64,000 nt of DNA from Marsupella aquatica (lineage: Eukaryota; Plantae; Marchantiophyta): assembly GCA_973895155.1 (NCBI GenBank), contig OZ316897.1, positions 21,427,455 through 21,491,454 on the forward strand, read 5' to 3'. The translations under genes and the position numbers were made by a program. The notes beneath the pieces were generated by a model. It did no database searches, was not told where the DNA came from, and saw nothing but the letters and a program-made list of their open reading frames with translations. Shown here piece by piece: positions 48,916 to 61,726 of this stretch. The first letter of the stretch is position 1; each line of letters opens with the position of its first letter.

Positions 48916-51900
48916 TTACTTATCTTGGATGTGCTGAGCAAAGAGACGGACCTTTCCATTCATCGGTTTAGGAGGGTTCACAATAGTAACCTTTGTTTCC
49001 AATGCCCATTTTACAAGGACATCTAATAAAGCTGGGATTTCCATTTTCTGATGTCCAGAAAATGGAATAGATAGTTTCTCACCAAACAATGCACGCTCAT
49101 TAAATAACTGTACTCTGTGATTTTGCGCTGCCATATAACTTTTGAGTTGAGGTTTGACCTCTTTCTTGCTAGATAACCTCATTGCCTTGTAAGCAACAGT
49201 GAGCTTGGCATCCTCATCCAGATTACAAATGTCCTGCACATAACACAATTAAAAATATATTATGTCAAAAAGCTCTTTCCTATGTCCAACAAAGTAAGTC
49301 ATGATGTATGCCATGTACGTACTCACAAGTCATGGACTAATTGTAACTCTGTAAATAGTATGACAGTGGCAAATCTAGCTGAGAGACTTATTCAATGATA
49401 TTTTTCTATCTTACCAAGTCTTGCACAATTTCAAGCGACCTCTGCATTTTTCTTTTGCTAGAAGGAACCAATGATGCAGAGGCAACATTTTCTTTGTTCT
49501 TGGAATTTCGAACTGATGTCAGCTTTGATGTCTGCCAAGATGATAATAAAACTGTTAGCATTTAAGCTGCTCAATGGGAGACCTGAAGACATGATGAAAA
49601 GAAGAGTAATCATCAGTACAATTTTTGAGTAGATAATTAAAAGTTAAAAACTCTCTTTACTTACCTTCTTAGTAATAGACAAAAGTGGTCTACTTTCACC
49701 CTGAGATAAAGTGTTGTAACCAGAGAAATTGATACGTGATGGAGATAAAACAGTATGTTCAGGAAGATGTTTTGGAAGCTTGGTCCTTGTGGCTGTTGGG
49801 GCATCACAAATTGGCGCTTCATAGATATCTTGAATGGATTTTTTGGGATGCTTGAGCTTGACTGAGTCGTCTGTTTCAGTGCTGGTCATCGATTGATTCG
49901 GTGAGTTTGCATCTGTACTTGTATTTGAAATCAAAGACTCTGTCTTGCGACGAATCAATCCAAGCATGCTGCACAGATCATGTGCAAAAAGATCCTGCCA
50001 TAACTCAACATAAGTAAAACCACACTTAGTGATTAGACTAGTGTTCCCCTTTGAGCATGCATGTTGCCTACCTGGATAATGCAGACAAATTATACCAAAT
50101 TCTCGACCAAATTAAATGAGTTAAATAGTTGGCAAACTCCCCACAATGTGCCTTCCTATTATTCTACAATTCTCATACATTGAGTCACTAGCTTGATCCA
50201 TTGCACATATATAAAAAAATAGGATGATCTGAAATTAACATTGGCATAGAATAGTGCATGGTACACTCAACTTCACATATAAAAAAACTAAAGAAATGGA
50301 ATGAGCCACTATACCTTAGCCTCTTTGGAGCGATTTGACCCTGTATCTGCTGTACCAACCACATATTGATTTTTCTTATAATGACTCTGTTCTGTCACTG
50401 TCCCTCCTAAAATTTGTGAACCCTTTGGTGCTGTGCAGACTACAATTGGGGTTTTTCTATGACGTTTGTGTTCTGGTGAAGAATCCACCAAAGACTGAGG
50501 ACTTTGTCTCCCTCCTTCAAAACCGACCTGCTGCAGTGCCTCTGAATTATTATAGGCCAGATTGCTTCCTTCAACAATAGCTGTTTGTGATGCTCCTGTA
50601 TCATCCAAGCTTGGACTCTCTCCTTCAAGTACATAAGTCTTCTTGGATGCCTCTGAATCATTTGAATCTGGACTTTCTTCTCCTAAGAGAATTGTCCTGG
50701 AAACTTCAGGACAATCCAATCCTTGAGTAAGCCACTTTGGATCTTTCAACTGACAACCAAATTCAGAAGAGCTAATTGACTGAGGATCCAACTGAGGAGA
50801 AATGTGAGGAACAAATTCAGGAGGGGTAACTGGAGTTGACTCTTCTAAAGAATGTACATAGTGGGTATCTTTCACTTCCTGAGAAAAGTAATTCTCATCC
50901 AAACCACTTGTGTGAACAGAAGTTGGAAGTGCTCCCAAAAATGCCTCATTTTCTGCTTCAATTGAAGAGATTTGTTGCAGCCGTTTGTTGGAGTGGTGTT
51001 TCTTGTGTTCAAGAAACCACCTCATAATATCCTTTGCAGGCCAGGTAATCCGCACAGTCACTCCTCCAATTGTCAAAACAAGATCTTCCAATTGAGGAAT
51101 GCAATGGTCCTCTATGAATTCCAGAGTGCTCATGTAGGACTTCTTATCCTTCTTAAAATTAGACCTCCAAGCATTGGCTACCACTGGATTGTAAATATCA
51201 GAAAAAAAACCCCTCATTTGTTCCACATTTCTGTTATATGCAGAATGTGCTCTTGGGTGATAAGTTTCAAGATAACCCTTTCCCCACATATTTGTATACT
51301 CTCCTGTAGGTTTTTTGTCAAAGACTCTACTCTTGAGCTCAACAATATCAACAACAGGGTCTAATGGCAACTTAGTAGAGCTTTCTCACGCGACCTTTGT
51401 CATTGCTATTGCAGGAATATGGGGTCTCATCAACCAGTGATCTCTGCTGTGGTAATCGATTTATAACTTTCTCACTTTCTCTGTTAACAAGACTGTTACA
51501 GTCCTTGTTTACAAGTGCCACTCTCTGCACAGTCCTCATGTCACTCTCACTATTAATTGCTGGTTTGACACTCTGCACAGTCCTCATCTCACTCTCACTA
51601 TTAACTGCTGGTTCGACACTCTGCACAGTCCTCATCTCACTCTCACTATTAACTGCTGGTTCGACACTCTGCACAGTCCTCATCTCACTCTCACTATTAA
51701 CTGCTGGTTTGACAGTTGGTACAGACTTACTGTTCTTTTTCAGCCAGCCTTTTAGGCGGGTAGCTTTCCCGAAATTGTATTGAAGGTGAGCCATAAGCTC
51801 ATCTACTGACATCTCCAAAAGAATTTCCCCATCTATATCCTGGAGAATAACAGCCTTTGACTGCTCCTTCTCAATTAGGTTTTTCTCCAAGAGAAATTTG

Positions 51901-51938
51901 GTCAGTTGCAAAGGATCCATGCCCTTCACAGCAGCCAT
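48916..51938 (-). pseudogene. Four-exon gene for an N-terminal SAM-like domain protein (~795 aa) with one frameshift
   Basis: QDIDGEILLEMSVDELMAHLQYNFGKATRL is SAM-like. Exons 51938-50315 (frameshift ~51372-51390), 49994-49665, 49531-49415 and 49233-48916 join in frame through GT-AG phase-0 introns. Confidence 0.7.
51527..51715 (-). repeat. Coding minisatellite, 51 bp (17 aa) x ~3.7
   Basis: VEPAVNSESEMRTVQS-type repeats within ORF 51372-51938. Confidence 0.95.
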
Positions 51939-52905
51939 GACAATGAGGATGTGAAAAATAAACTGGCTACTATTTCTAGTCTAAAACGGATTGCTTTGCA
52001 GGTCTGGGCTTAGCACTGGGCTGCTTCTCTACACTGAAACTAAATTCAGATCTGAGCTAGGCACACGACTACTTTTTCCTCTGAAAATTTCAGTTTGATG
52101 ATCGATCAGATCGAACTTGCTCCAAATCAAACAGGCTGCCTCTGCCAATCTTTGCTCTTTGTCCTTCAATTCAGCACAGTGCTATGAACAACAAGTCAAC
52201 TTGCTCCAAACGAAACTAGGCAGCTATTTCGGCTACTTCTAGCTCTGCACAGTGGGAAAAACTTCAACTTAGTGCCATGCTCACTTCCAACAGCAGTTGA
52301 TCACCTCCTCTAATTAATGAAATGGGCGGCTTGTGCGCTCTATGTTGCAATGGGGCCGTGCTTTCCAACAGCAAGTCAATTTGTTTAAAAATTCAACTGC
52401 CAAGCTACTTCTTGATCTACACTTAAATATGTAATTTTCAATTTGGTACATTCCTCACCTCCAACAGTAGTTAATCAGCTCCAAAAATGGTGCTCAATTT
52501 TCAAAAGCAAGTAATATGTCACCTCCAAAAATAACCTCGTTACTTCTCCTGCTACTAATTTTGAATGTGCTCACTTCAAACTACTGCAAATGAACTTGCT
52601 CCAAAGAACAAACTGGGGTACTTAATTTGGTTACTACTCTGCTCTTGTATGCAAACTTCTATTTCTGTGCGCACTTACTTTCAACTTACAGAAATTAACC
52701 ACCTCCTCTGCAGACAAACTGGGCCACGCTTGCTGTACTTTGCTGTACTTTGCTGTACTTATTGTCTGGGCCACGCTCTGCTGTACAGTGGGGCACTCAC
52801 TCCCAACAATCACAATATAATCACCTCCAGACCTGCAAAAACAAACTGGGCTATTAGCTTATGTACTGCAATGTAAGCTTCAATTAGTGCTGTACCGACT
52901 TCCAC

Positions 52906-53120
52906 TAGCAAATTAGCTTACTCCGGAAATGAACTGCCAAACTTTGACTCTAACACATTGTAATCCTCGGCGACGATAGCAAATTAGCTTACTCTGGAAA
53001 TGAACTGCCAAACTTTTACTCTTACACACTATAATCCTTGGCGATGATGGCAAATTAGCTCCGAAAATGAATTGCCAAACTTTGACTCTTACACACTGTA
53101 ATCCAATCCTTGGTGATGAC
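52906..53120. repeat. Minisatellite, ~71 bp x3
   Basis: GCAAATTAGCTTACTC.GGAAATGAACTGCCAAACTTT repeated. Confidence 0.9.
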
Positions 53121-53329
53121 AGATGAGATTGTGTAACTACTCATGCAATGACCGCTCATTTCCCCATCCATCCAAGCACATACAACAATAAGATCCACGT
53201 ACCCACTCTATGTTTTACTCTCGATGTTACTATATGCATTACAAACTCATAACGGCATTTGAAGGAGCTTCGAGTCATCCACGTAACAGGTTTGTTATTG
53301 CCGATTTGCAGTTAACTTGAATTCCATGT

Positions 53330-54000
53330 TGATCACTTCAAGCTATCAGCAAAACAGACTGGGCTGCCGTAACGTAAACTATAATTCAATTCGGTGGGGT
53401 GGTTGAATTAAGCTCACTTCCAATACCGACGAAGCAACTAGGTACGACTGCTGCTCACTTCCGACAATCAGCAAAACAAGCAAACCAAATTGGGCTGCCG
53501 TAATGTAAACTAATTCAATTTGGTATGAGTGGGGTGGTTGAATTAAGCTCACTTCCAATAGCGACCAAGCAACTAGATCCGAACGCTGCTCACTTCTAGC
53601 AATCAGCAAAACGAACTGGGCTACCGTAATGTAAACTAATTCAATTTGGTGGGGTGGTCGAATTAAACTCACTTCAATCCAAGCAACGACGCAACTAGGT
53701 CCGAACGCTGCTCACTTCCAGCAATCAGCAAAACGAACTGGGCTGCCGTAATGTAGACTAATTCGATTTGGTGGGGTGGTCGAATTCAGCTCACTTCCAG
53801 CAGCGACGTAGCAATAGGTCCGAACGCGATCTGGTCTACTTCTCAATCTCCAAGTAAACTTCGATTAAGTACGTTAGTTGCTCACTTCTAACAGCTCACT
53901 TCCAACTGCGACGTAGAAATAGGTCCGAACGCGATCTTGTCTACTTCTCAATCTCCAAGTAAACTTCGATTAAGTACGTTAGTTGCTCACTTCCAACAGC
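53330..54000. repeat. Minisatellite tract, ~120-135 bp x4 then ~104 bp x2
   Basis: ATCAGCAAAAC at 53345, 53467, 53602 and 53724; recurring GCTCACTTCCA motif. Confidence 0.9.
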
Positions 54001-54572
54001 TCTGCTCCAAACCTGAACCGGACTCTTTGCTCTATGTATGGATTAGGGTGTTCACTTTGAAGACAAGCTAAAGCACGAGAGAACTTCGAGCCAGTACAGC
54101 AGTGTAGAAGTGATACTGGGCTGCTGCTTGTCAAGGGCAGGGGGCGCATATGACACGCATAAGCTTTAAAAACCTAATTTACTTTCCAAGGTTGGCGCCA
54201 ACAGAGTTCAGGTTATTCTAATTTACTTCCCGAGGCTGGCGCCAACAGAGTTCAAATTATTCGTGCCCCAACAGAATACACCCTGAGAAGAGCAGTAAAG
54301 GCAGGCTAATTGTACGGCAATAAGGAATGTTTTGCTGCCTAGGTATCCCACGGGCAGTGTATTAATACAAGTGATATACTTATATATCATACACTACTGC
54401 ATTTAGTAAGTTGGGTACCATTGAAAAAATAGAAGGTATTTTAAACCAAGAATGCTGAAATCCAAATAGTCAGTACGTTGTTGTTGAATACAAACGTGTC
54501 AAAGTTGAGGTTAAATGCCATATACTACAAGCACAACTTAATTACTCTCATGTTTGTTTTTGGTATTATTAG

Positions 54573-54573
<1 letters not shown>

Positions 54574-54615
<42 letters not shown>
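54574..54615. repeat. (TA)n microsatellite
   Basis: About 21 TA units. Confidence 0.98.
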
Positions 54616-54618
<3 letters not shown>

Positions 54619-56337
54619 GAACAATTTTGCCATCAGTTGCAACATCCTGCTTCAAGCCTTTGAATGCATGCAGCTAGCGTTGTGGATTGGTTCAAAATCA
54701 CCTGGTATATATTTTATTCACTTACATGTGATTGGTTGACTTGGACAAAGATGGCTTTATGTGCAGCAAATAAATGTAAGCTGTGATCCAGAATCCTTTT
54801 GATTCCTTAAAACTTTAGATTACAAATTGCAAACTTAAGCCATCTCATTCACAGAAAATGATATACACCCTCTCATTAGTTGTGCTTGTGGAATTTTTCC
54901 ATAAGGAAATTTCAGGTCCCAAGAACTATCTCACCTTCATGGAATCTCTGTACATTTGGTAATATACTCTTGAATATACTTAGTTCTCAAAATTTATAGC
55001 AGTATGGGGGGGATCAGCAGTGACATAGCAGTGTGGAAGGGAGTTTGCTCCATCCCCATTTTGTAGACAGATATATTGGTTTGGGGCGTTAATCCTAAAT
55101 CCAACTTAGAAGTTAGTAGATTACTCAAGTAGTTTTCCCCTTTTGGATATAGCTTATTTATTTTCTATACTTACCTTAGTACTTTGCTGTGCCCAATAGT
55201 TTGACCTTGAACTTTCAGTGATCGAGTATACTACTTCTCGATCTAGCTTGGTCCAATTATATGATTGGGCAATGAGGCTAGGTCACTAGAAATCTATATA
55301 TAAAACCATAATAAGGGATCCTGTCAAATCCCTTTGATGGTCCATTTAATTACAAAATGGGGAAAAGGAGTAAACATTGCTTTACAGTCACATGTTGTCC
55401 AAGAATATTTGAGACTCTTGGTGATAAGGTGCACACAAGGCAGATTGGACACACTCCCATGTTGGTAAAAGCCCCACTTAATTAGGGACCCTTTACCTAA
55501 CATGCTAACACCCAGGCTAACACTAAAGTAGGGAAAAGCACAAAGTGTGTAAAGTGAACATCCCACATTACATGATCAATAGGGAATATCCGCCACTTCA
55601 AATGTAGGAATTTAACAAGTAGGAAACACTACAGGGAGGGAAAACTAAATAATGCAGATAATATTTGTTTTACTAGCCAGGGTTCAGACAATCATTGACT
55701 TCTTTTGTGTGCAAATTCATTTTGTAGAATGACATGATGCATGACATTCAAACATCCAAGTCATGCATCATTGCCCATTATTTTATAACTCATTGACACT
55801 GTTTGGAAGACCAAAATTGATGTTCTGGTTTCAAATTATAGGCAGTTCTAGTGTTTGTAGGTTTAGGGTTAAACCCCACATGAACACACAAGATTTGGCA
55901 AACAGCAAATATTACAAGGAGAACATACAAATCCTCTAAGGTTGTTTTTGTTGTAAGTAGGATTGCAGAAGACCAACATTAAACTAGGTAAAAGCCCTAG
56001 ATAAGGTAGGATAAATTTGATTTACCACAGGGGGATATGGCAGTTTTTCCTTGGGGTGCCCATAATTTGTATAGTAGGGTATATAAGGAATGGTACATTT
56101 GCTAGACTGACATGTGCTAGTTAAAATACACAATGTTGGCTATCCTATTTATAGCCAGTTCACAATGCACCTTAATTTGCACATTTGGCATGGAGTTATA
56201 TGCAGTATTAAATGACAGGCCTCCAAAACCTCAAAAGGAAAATTGACAAGGAAACCTGGTTATGACAACAAAGCATAAATTTGCAAATGGATAGGGCATG
56301 TACTTTGTAACTCCTTGGCAAAACAAATTAATTGAAT

Positions 56338-57747
56338 CTAAGTCTCTCTAATATACTCATTGGGTACCTGTCCAAGCCTAATAGATTTGGAAGCCTTTTT
56401 TATAGTGATGTTTTGAACTGAATATAAACGTTTGGTAAGTCGAGGACGACCAACAGCACCAGTACGTAGCGGATTAACGTCTATATGTAGAATGACACTC
56501 TTGCTCTTCAATTTGCTTAGTATCCATGAAAGAAGCAATACCAATCTCTGCTCGTCTAGTTTGGCCAAATCCTTTGCGAACTGCTTTTTCATCAGGAACC
56601 ACTAGTGGTCTCTCGACATTGCCCTTCACAATCTCAGGATTGTCAGAATATGGATGTGGAAGATAAATGCAAGTATAAGCTATGCCCCGATTGGCGCGTA
56701 TGTAGATTGCATACACTTTCACCCTTTTTCTTTGTGTGAGGTGAACAAGACGATTGCCTACCTTTGTGGTAGACAATTGGTAGCATGGATCAAGTTGATG
56801 TTTGCTTACCATGCTATCATAAACTTTAACTGGAATGAGCACCCCAGTATTTGTTTTTCCATAGACTTTATGAAACCGGTTGTTGATGTACAAAGATGTT
56901 GCCAGTGACTCATAAAAAGCTGAACCAGAACTTCGGGCAGGAACATGTTGAAGATATTCTTGAGAGTAAGCCTTATCATAGAATGTCTTTACAGCATCAC
57001 AAAGTTTGCTCAATCGTTTGTGTGATTGCATTATGACTCGTGCTAATGTAGCTGGATGTTCTCTGGCAATGTGCAATATCTCTGAGCAATGAGAAGTGCC
57101 AATACCCTCAAAGTAATTCTGATTGTCAATCATAAAGGCAAAGATGCTTGTGTTACTTGATTTTGAGAGGTTACTCCATTTTGTAGTGTTTCCAATAATG
57201 AAATGGCGCCATTGCTTGTATTGAGTCATTGTACAATAACCTCGTACAATCCACTCATCACAATCATCAGATTTCATCTGAAAATTTCTTGGATCAAGGT
57301 GTGACTGAGTGGAGATAAATTCAGCACATGCAAGTCGATTTCGATCCACAAGAGCAATTGATTGACCAGATGAATCCATGTTTTGAAATAATAACAGAGC
57401 ATAAGGCGGATTTGGTTTGGTTGGATTACTGAGTTGTTGAGCCTCTATAGCTTTGACAATAACAACTTGCCCATGTAAGCTCAATGTCCCGTCAATGTAA
57501 TCTTCACCCAAATTGAATAGTCATCGTTCACATGCATGATTGGAAACAACAACATCTTGCCGTGATGACAAACTTTTTTGCCATCAATGTTCACAATATT
57601 GTGTTGATGGCTTTGCCAAAAGTCAAAACCCTTCAACGAGCCTTTACCAAAATTGAACGGATGCACAATAATCCTAAAACTTGCCTCAATAGGAATTTCT
57701 GTAGCAATTCGTCGAGCCATGTCATAGTAAGTTATAGCTTCTGGCAC
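56338..57747 (-). pseudogene. Divergent Fpg/Nei (MutM-like, H2TH) DNA glycosylase-like gene, frameshifted
   Basis: N-terminal (M)PE, HHGKMLLF (cf. RRGKYLL), LSLHGQ (cf. HLGMTG), LVDRNRLA (cf. F.D.RRFG), MIDNQNYFEGIGTSHCSEILHIAREHP (cf. H2TH LLDQ..IAGIGNIYADEILF.A.IHP). Start codon is GTG; frameshift at ~57500 and probably another at ~56500. Confidence 0.7.
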
Positions 57748-59989
57748 CCTGAAATCAAAAGAAATTTTACATCAAAATTTTTATCTTGGGATCACATACA
57801 AAACCGCAAAGAGCTGGGTGAGAAGAAATCAGTGACTAAATTAAAAATGTGCAATGTTTGAAATCAGTGGTCATGGATGTCAATCAAATGAATTTATTAT
57901 TGAGTACCATTAACATAGAATCAAAGTGCTCATCCATACCTTTCAAATGAACTTGAGGTTGGGGCCAATAGAGTGCACAATCATTAGATTTTAAATGTTG
58001 AAGCAAGTGGACAGTTTAGGGTCTAGTGACCAGAAATTAAATGCAGGATTAAATGTTGTTGGAGTGGCAAATGTAATAGTGTTGTGCATATTGGTATATA
58101 TAGAAGGGTCCTCATACAACCTTACACTAGGCAATGGCAAGGATCACTTGGACCTCACAACTAGCTTGAAAATCACTCCAATACCATATGAGCTTCCAAA
58201 AAAGACAATCTTAGAGGATTTGTATGTTCCCCTTGTAATAAGAGGGGTTTGCCAAATCTCTCATGTTCATCTAGGGGTTTGCACACTTACCTACAAACAC
58301 TAAAAATCCATAATCTTTAACCAAAGCTTCAATTTTCACTAATAGAAACCACTAAAGGGGGTTTATAAGTGAAGGGTGGGCCGTTAGGTCTCAAAGGGGT
58401 GGGGTCACTAAAGGGGGTTTAGGGGGTTTATATGTCAAGGGTGGGGGGTTAATTACATCTTCAGGGGGTGGGGGGCTTATGCTTCGGGTTTCCAAACACT
58501 ATCAAATGAATTGACTCCAAGCGATTCATAGAATTTAGAAACTTCAATAATAAACATCATTGGTTTACTCATAGAATTTAGAAACTTCTCGAGAAACTTC
58601 AATAATACACATCATTGGTTTACTATTAGTGTTGTCATAAGGTAACCTTCATTGATTTACTATCATTGGTTAGTATAACCCATATTGGCAAAATTTAAAC
58701 CAAACTTGTTGAGTGTGCCAATATAGCAGAACTAGACCTGTAGTTTGGTGGCATGTAGTAATGCCTCTACGTACCTTCACTAACTTAGACCAACCCTTAA
58801 CCCCTTAAAAACTTACTCTTAGGTTGCCTATATTGGATACTTTGTAATGACAAACTTAAACCATGACTTGCATGTCCCAAATGTGTGGGTACCCATGTGA
58901 TGGCAAAACTTAAACCATAACTAGTCCACATGCATCCGTATACTTTATGATGGCAAAACCCAAACCATGACTTGTCCCAATGCATTGAGGTACCTTGTCA
59001 TGGAAAAACTTAAAACATGACTCATTCAGGAAAGATTCACTCACAATTGATAAGCCCTGAGCATCCAAAGGTAATTAATTATGCATGTCAACCATATCCA
59101 AGACTAAACCTTACAGAATGAGTACTAAATGACCAAACCTCCATTCTTTCTACATGAGAAAGCACATGGATCTCATGCATTGAAAATGGACCCTAAACCC
59201 TTCATTACATACTTGTTCATTTTTCTTTAGAATTTGGTAGAACTGCGCAATTTGGGGAACCAGTATGTGGGTCTAGTTGGGATTTCTTAGTAACATGAGC
59301 TTTAGTTTTCCGGCCATTTTTCTACCAATTGGGCTCTACCAAAACTAAAAATTGGTTTGATGCCAAAAATTACAAAAGTTGGTTGATGTGGTAACTAAGG
59401 GGAAAGGGGTAGGTTTAGGGTTAAATGGGGTTCTTCTACAAGAGGATTAGGATTAGGGTGTACATAGGGTTCTTCTACAATTGCCCTATCCATTATAACA
59501 TTGTTGACAGAGGGTAGAAGGGTTAACAACTTGTTAGTACTTCCCCCAAGATAGAAAGTGGTTAAATAAGTTAACTGGAGTAAAACTTATGGTTAAGTGC
59601 CGCTAAGGTCAGCTTAGGAAAATCAGCATATTTAAGTGAAATCATCTTAGGAAAATCACTGATTACTGTCTATCTTACTGTTTTTTGTAGTTAGTTACCG
59701 ATACTCTCTCCCACCCTTGAAACACTCGAGAGAGTGGGCCAGCCAATTAGGACTCAAATGAAGAGGGGCGGAAATTTCCCAAGTGCAAATTAAAACGTTT
59801 TTGTTCATTTCCCTTATTTAAAACTTAGCAGAAGGAACGACCATTAAGTGCACGTTGCTAGCACTTGAAGGGAAAATCTTAGCTGAGATTTAAATTTTTG
59901 ACAACATTTGTTATATAATTCTTATCATCAGCCATCAAGATGTAGGTTGGAAAAGAATTCGATAATAAAAGATGTCATTGTGTAAAGGA

Positions 59990-60298
59990 GGTTGTTCCCC
60001 CTCCCTGTCTTCCCATCCATGTGCATCCCCCCTTCTCCTTAACTTGGTCAACACCCCTCCTCCTTTTTTCAGTTTTAAGGGGTCTCCCCTTCCACATCTT
60101 GCATCCTCGCATCTCCTTGGCACAACAAATATTAAAATTTTGGAAGACAACAATTCACATCCATGTGCATCCCCCCTTCTCCTTTAACTTGGTCATCACC
60201 CCTCCTCCTTTTTCAGTTTTAAGGGGTCTCCCATTCCCCATCTTGCATCCTCGTATCTCCTTGGCATTACAAATATTAAATTTTGGAAGACAACAACG
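59990..60298. repeat. Tandem duplication, ~144 bp x2
   Basis: CATCCATGTGCATCCCCC...GGAAGACAACAA at 60013 and 60157. Confidence 0.9.
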
Positions 60299-60499
60299 AT
60301 AGAGTAAACTAGTATTGAGTACCTTAAATACTACGTACCTTCAAAAGTATTTCAAAACCTGAGTAAGAACAAATATGGGAGTGACAGGGGCTAAATACTT
60401 CGTACATAAGTACCCTATATGTATTTGTAGGCAAGAGTACACTCTATAGAGTACACTTGGTGGACTGAGGTCTGAGGGAGATAGTTGTAAGTATTAGGC

Positions 60500-60690
60500 T
60501 TTCACTTTACCTGGCTGCCAACTGGTATAGCAACACTTTACCTTGGCTACTGCCGCTCTTACTTTACCTGGTTGTCAGTATAGCAACACTTTACTTCAGC
60601 TGCCGCTTTACTTTACCTGGCTGTCAGGATAGCTAAACTTTACTTTCAGTTGCCGATTTTACGTTGTCTGGCTGCCAGTTGACACTCTTA
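60500..60690. repeat. Degenerate short tandem repeats
   Basis: Recurring CTTTACCTGGCTG / GTATAGCAACACTTTAC. Confidence 0.7.
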
Positions 60691-60863
60691 GGTATTGAGC
60701 TTGATGTTGAACAAATGGATTTTTAGGGGATTCATCAGTAGATCATGGAAGTGCAGTGGATTCATCCGAGAGAGGTAGTCGAAGCCAATGAATGGCTCGC
60801 AGCCATGTCGGGGGATACACATTGGCATGCTCTTCTGGGAGTTTGATCGATCGGGAGAAGCTA

Positions 60864-61031
60864 GAGTAAGGCAGGATGGAGGCGTGCATCGAGGAGTCAA
60901 GCTCTAATGAGGAAGGAATGAGTAAGGCAGGATCGAGGCGTGCATCGAGGAGTCAAGCTCTAATGAGGAAGGAATGAGTAAGGCAGGATCGAGGCGTGCA
61001 TCGAGGAGTCAAGCTCTAATGAGGAAGGAAT
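60864..61031. repeat. Minisatellite, 56 bp x3
   Basis: GAGTAAGGCAGGATCGAGGCGTGCATCGAGGAGTCAAGCTCTAATGAGGAAGGAAT x3. Confidence 0.97.
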
Positions 61032-61726
61032 CTGGACATCATGTGGTTGAGGGCTGCGTGGGGCCCTGAGAGAAAGTGAGACATCGTGGCATTGATAGTT
61101 ATGTGGGGACCTGAGAGAGACGTCAACATTAGATCCCTCCGAATTGGCAGAAATTAGGATGTGCTGTCTTCACAGTCCATTCTTTTTGACATCAATTCTG
61201 GTTCTAGTATCGGACGGAAGCCAGCTGCAATTGTTGGGTTATAAGCTGGCAGCCAAGGAAATTTCATGGCCCGGGTATGTAAACCAACCACATGCGTGTT
61301 TCCAAATGTAATTGACACAGTCTAGACCAATGTACTCAATACTATGCATGACAAGTATGATTCATATGAATCGATAATTTTGGTACATTGCAGATGAGAC
61401 AGAAATGGTAATACACACTCTATTTTGGATCCGGCTTTAGAAGACCTGCATTCGCAATCTAATATGGACACTATGTGGACGGAATCCGGAGCTGGAGAGG
61501 TTTAGTAGGGGACGCAACTGTCGACTGATCAAAGCAGGCTCTATTTCTTGTAAGAATTAATCCTAGTGGATGTCAGCCTAGAGTGTCTATTTGGGCCGGG
61601 CAGTTGTTGCAAAATGTGGGGGCGCATGTACTATAACAGTACTATACAAGAGCACAGCACAATCCTAGCAAGTGCACAACCTGATAGTAAAGTCAGGCGT
61701 TTAGGCTTCATCTTCAGTCTAGTCCC

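Noticed and set aside
55855-59460. Scattered TTTAGGG/CCCTAAA telomere-like words
   Set aside because: Isolated single copies, not an interstitial telomeric array.
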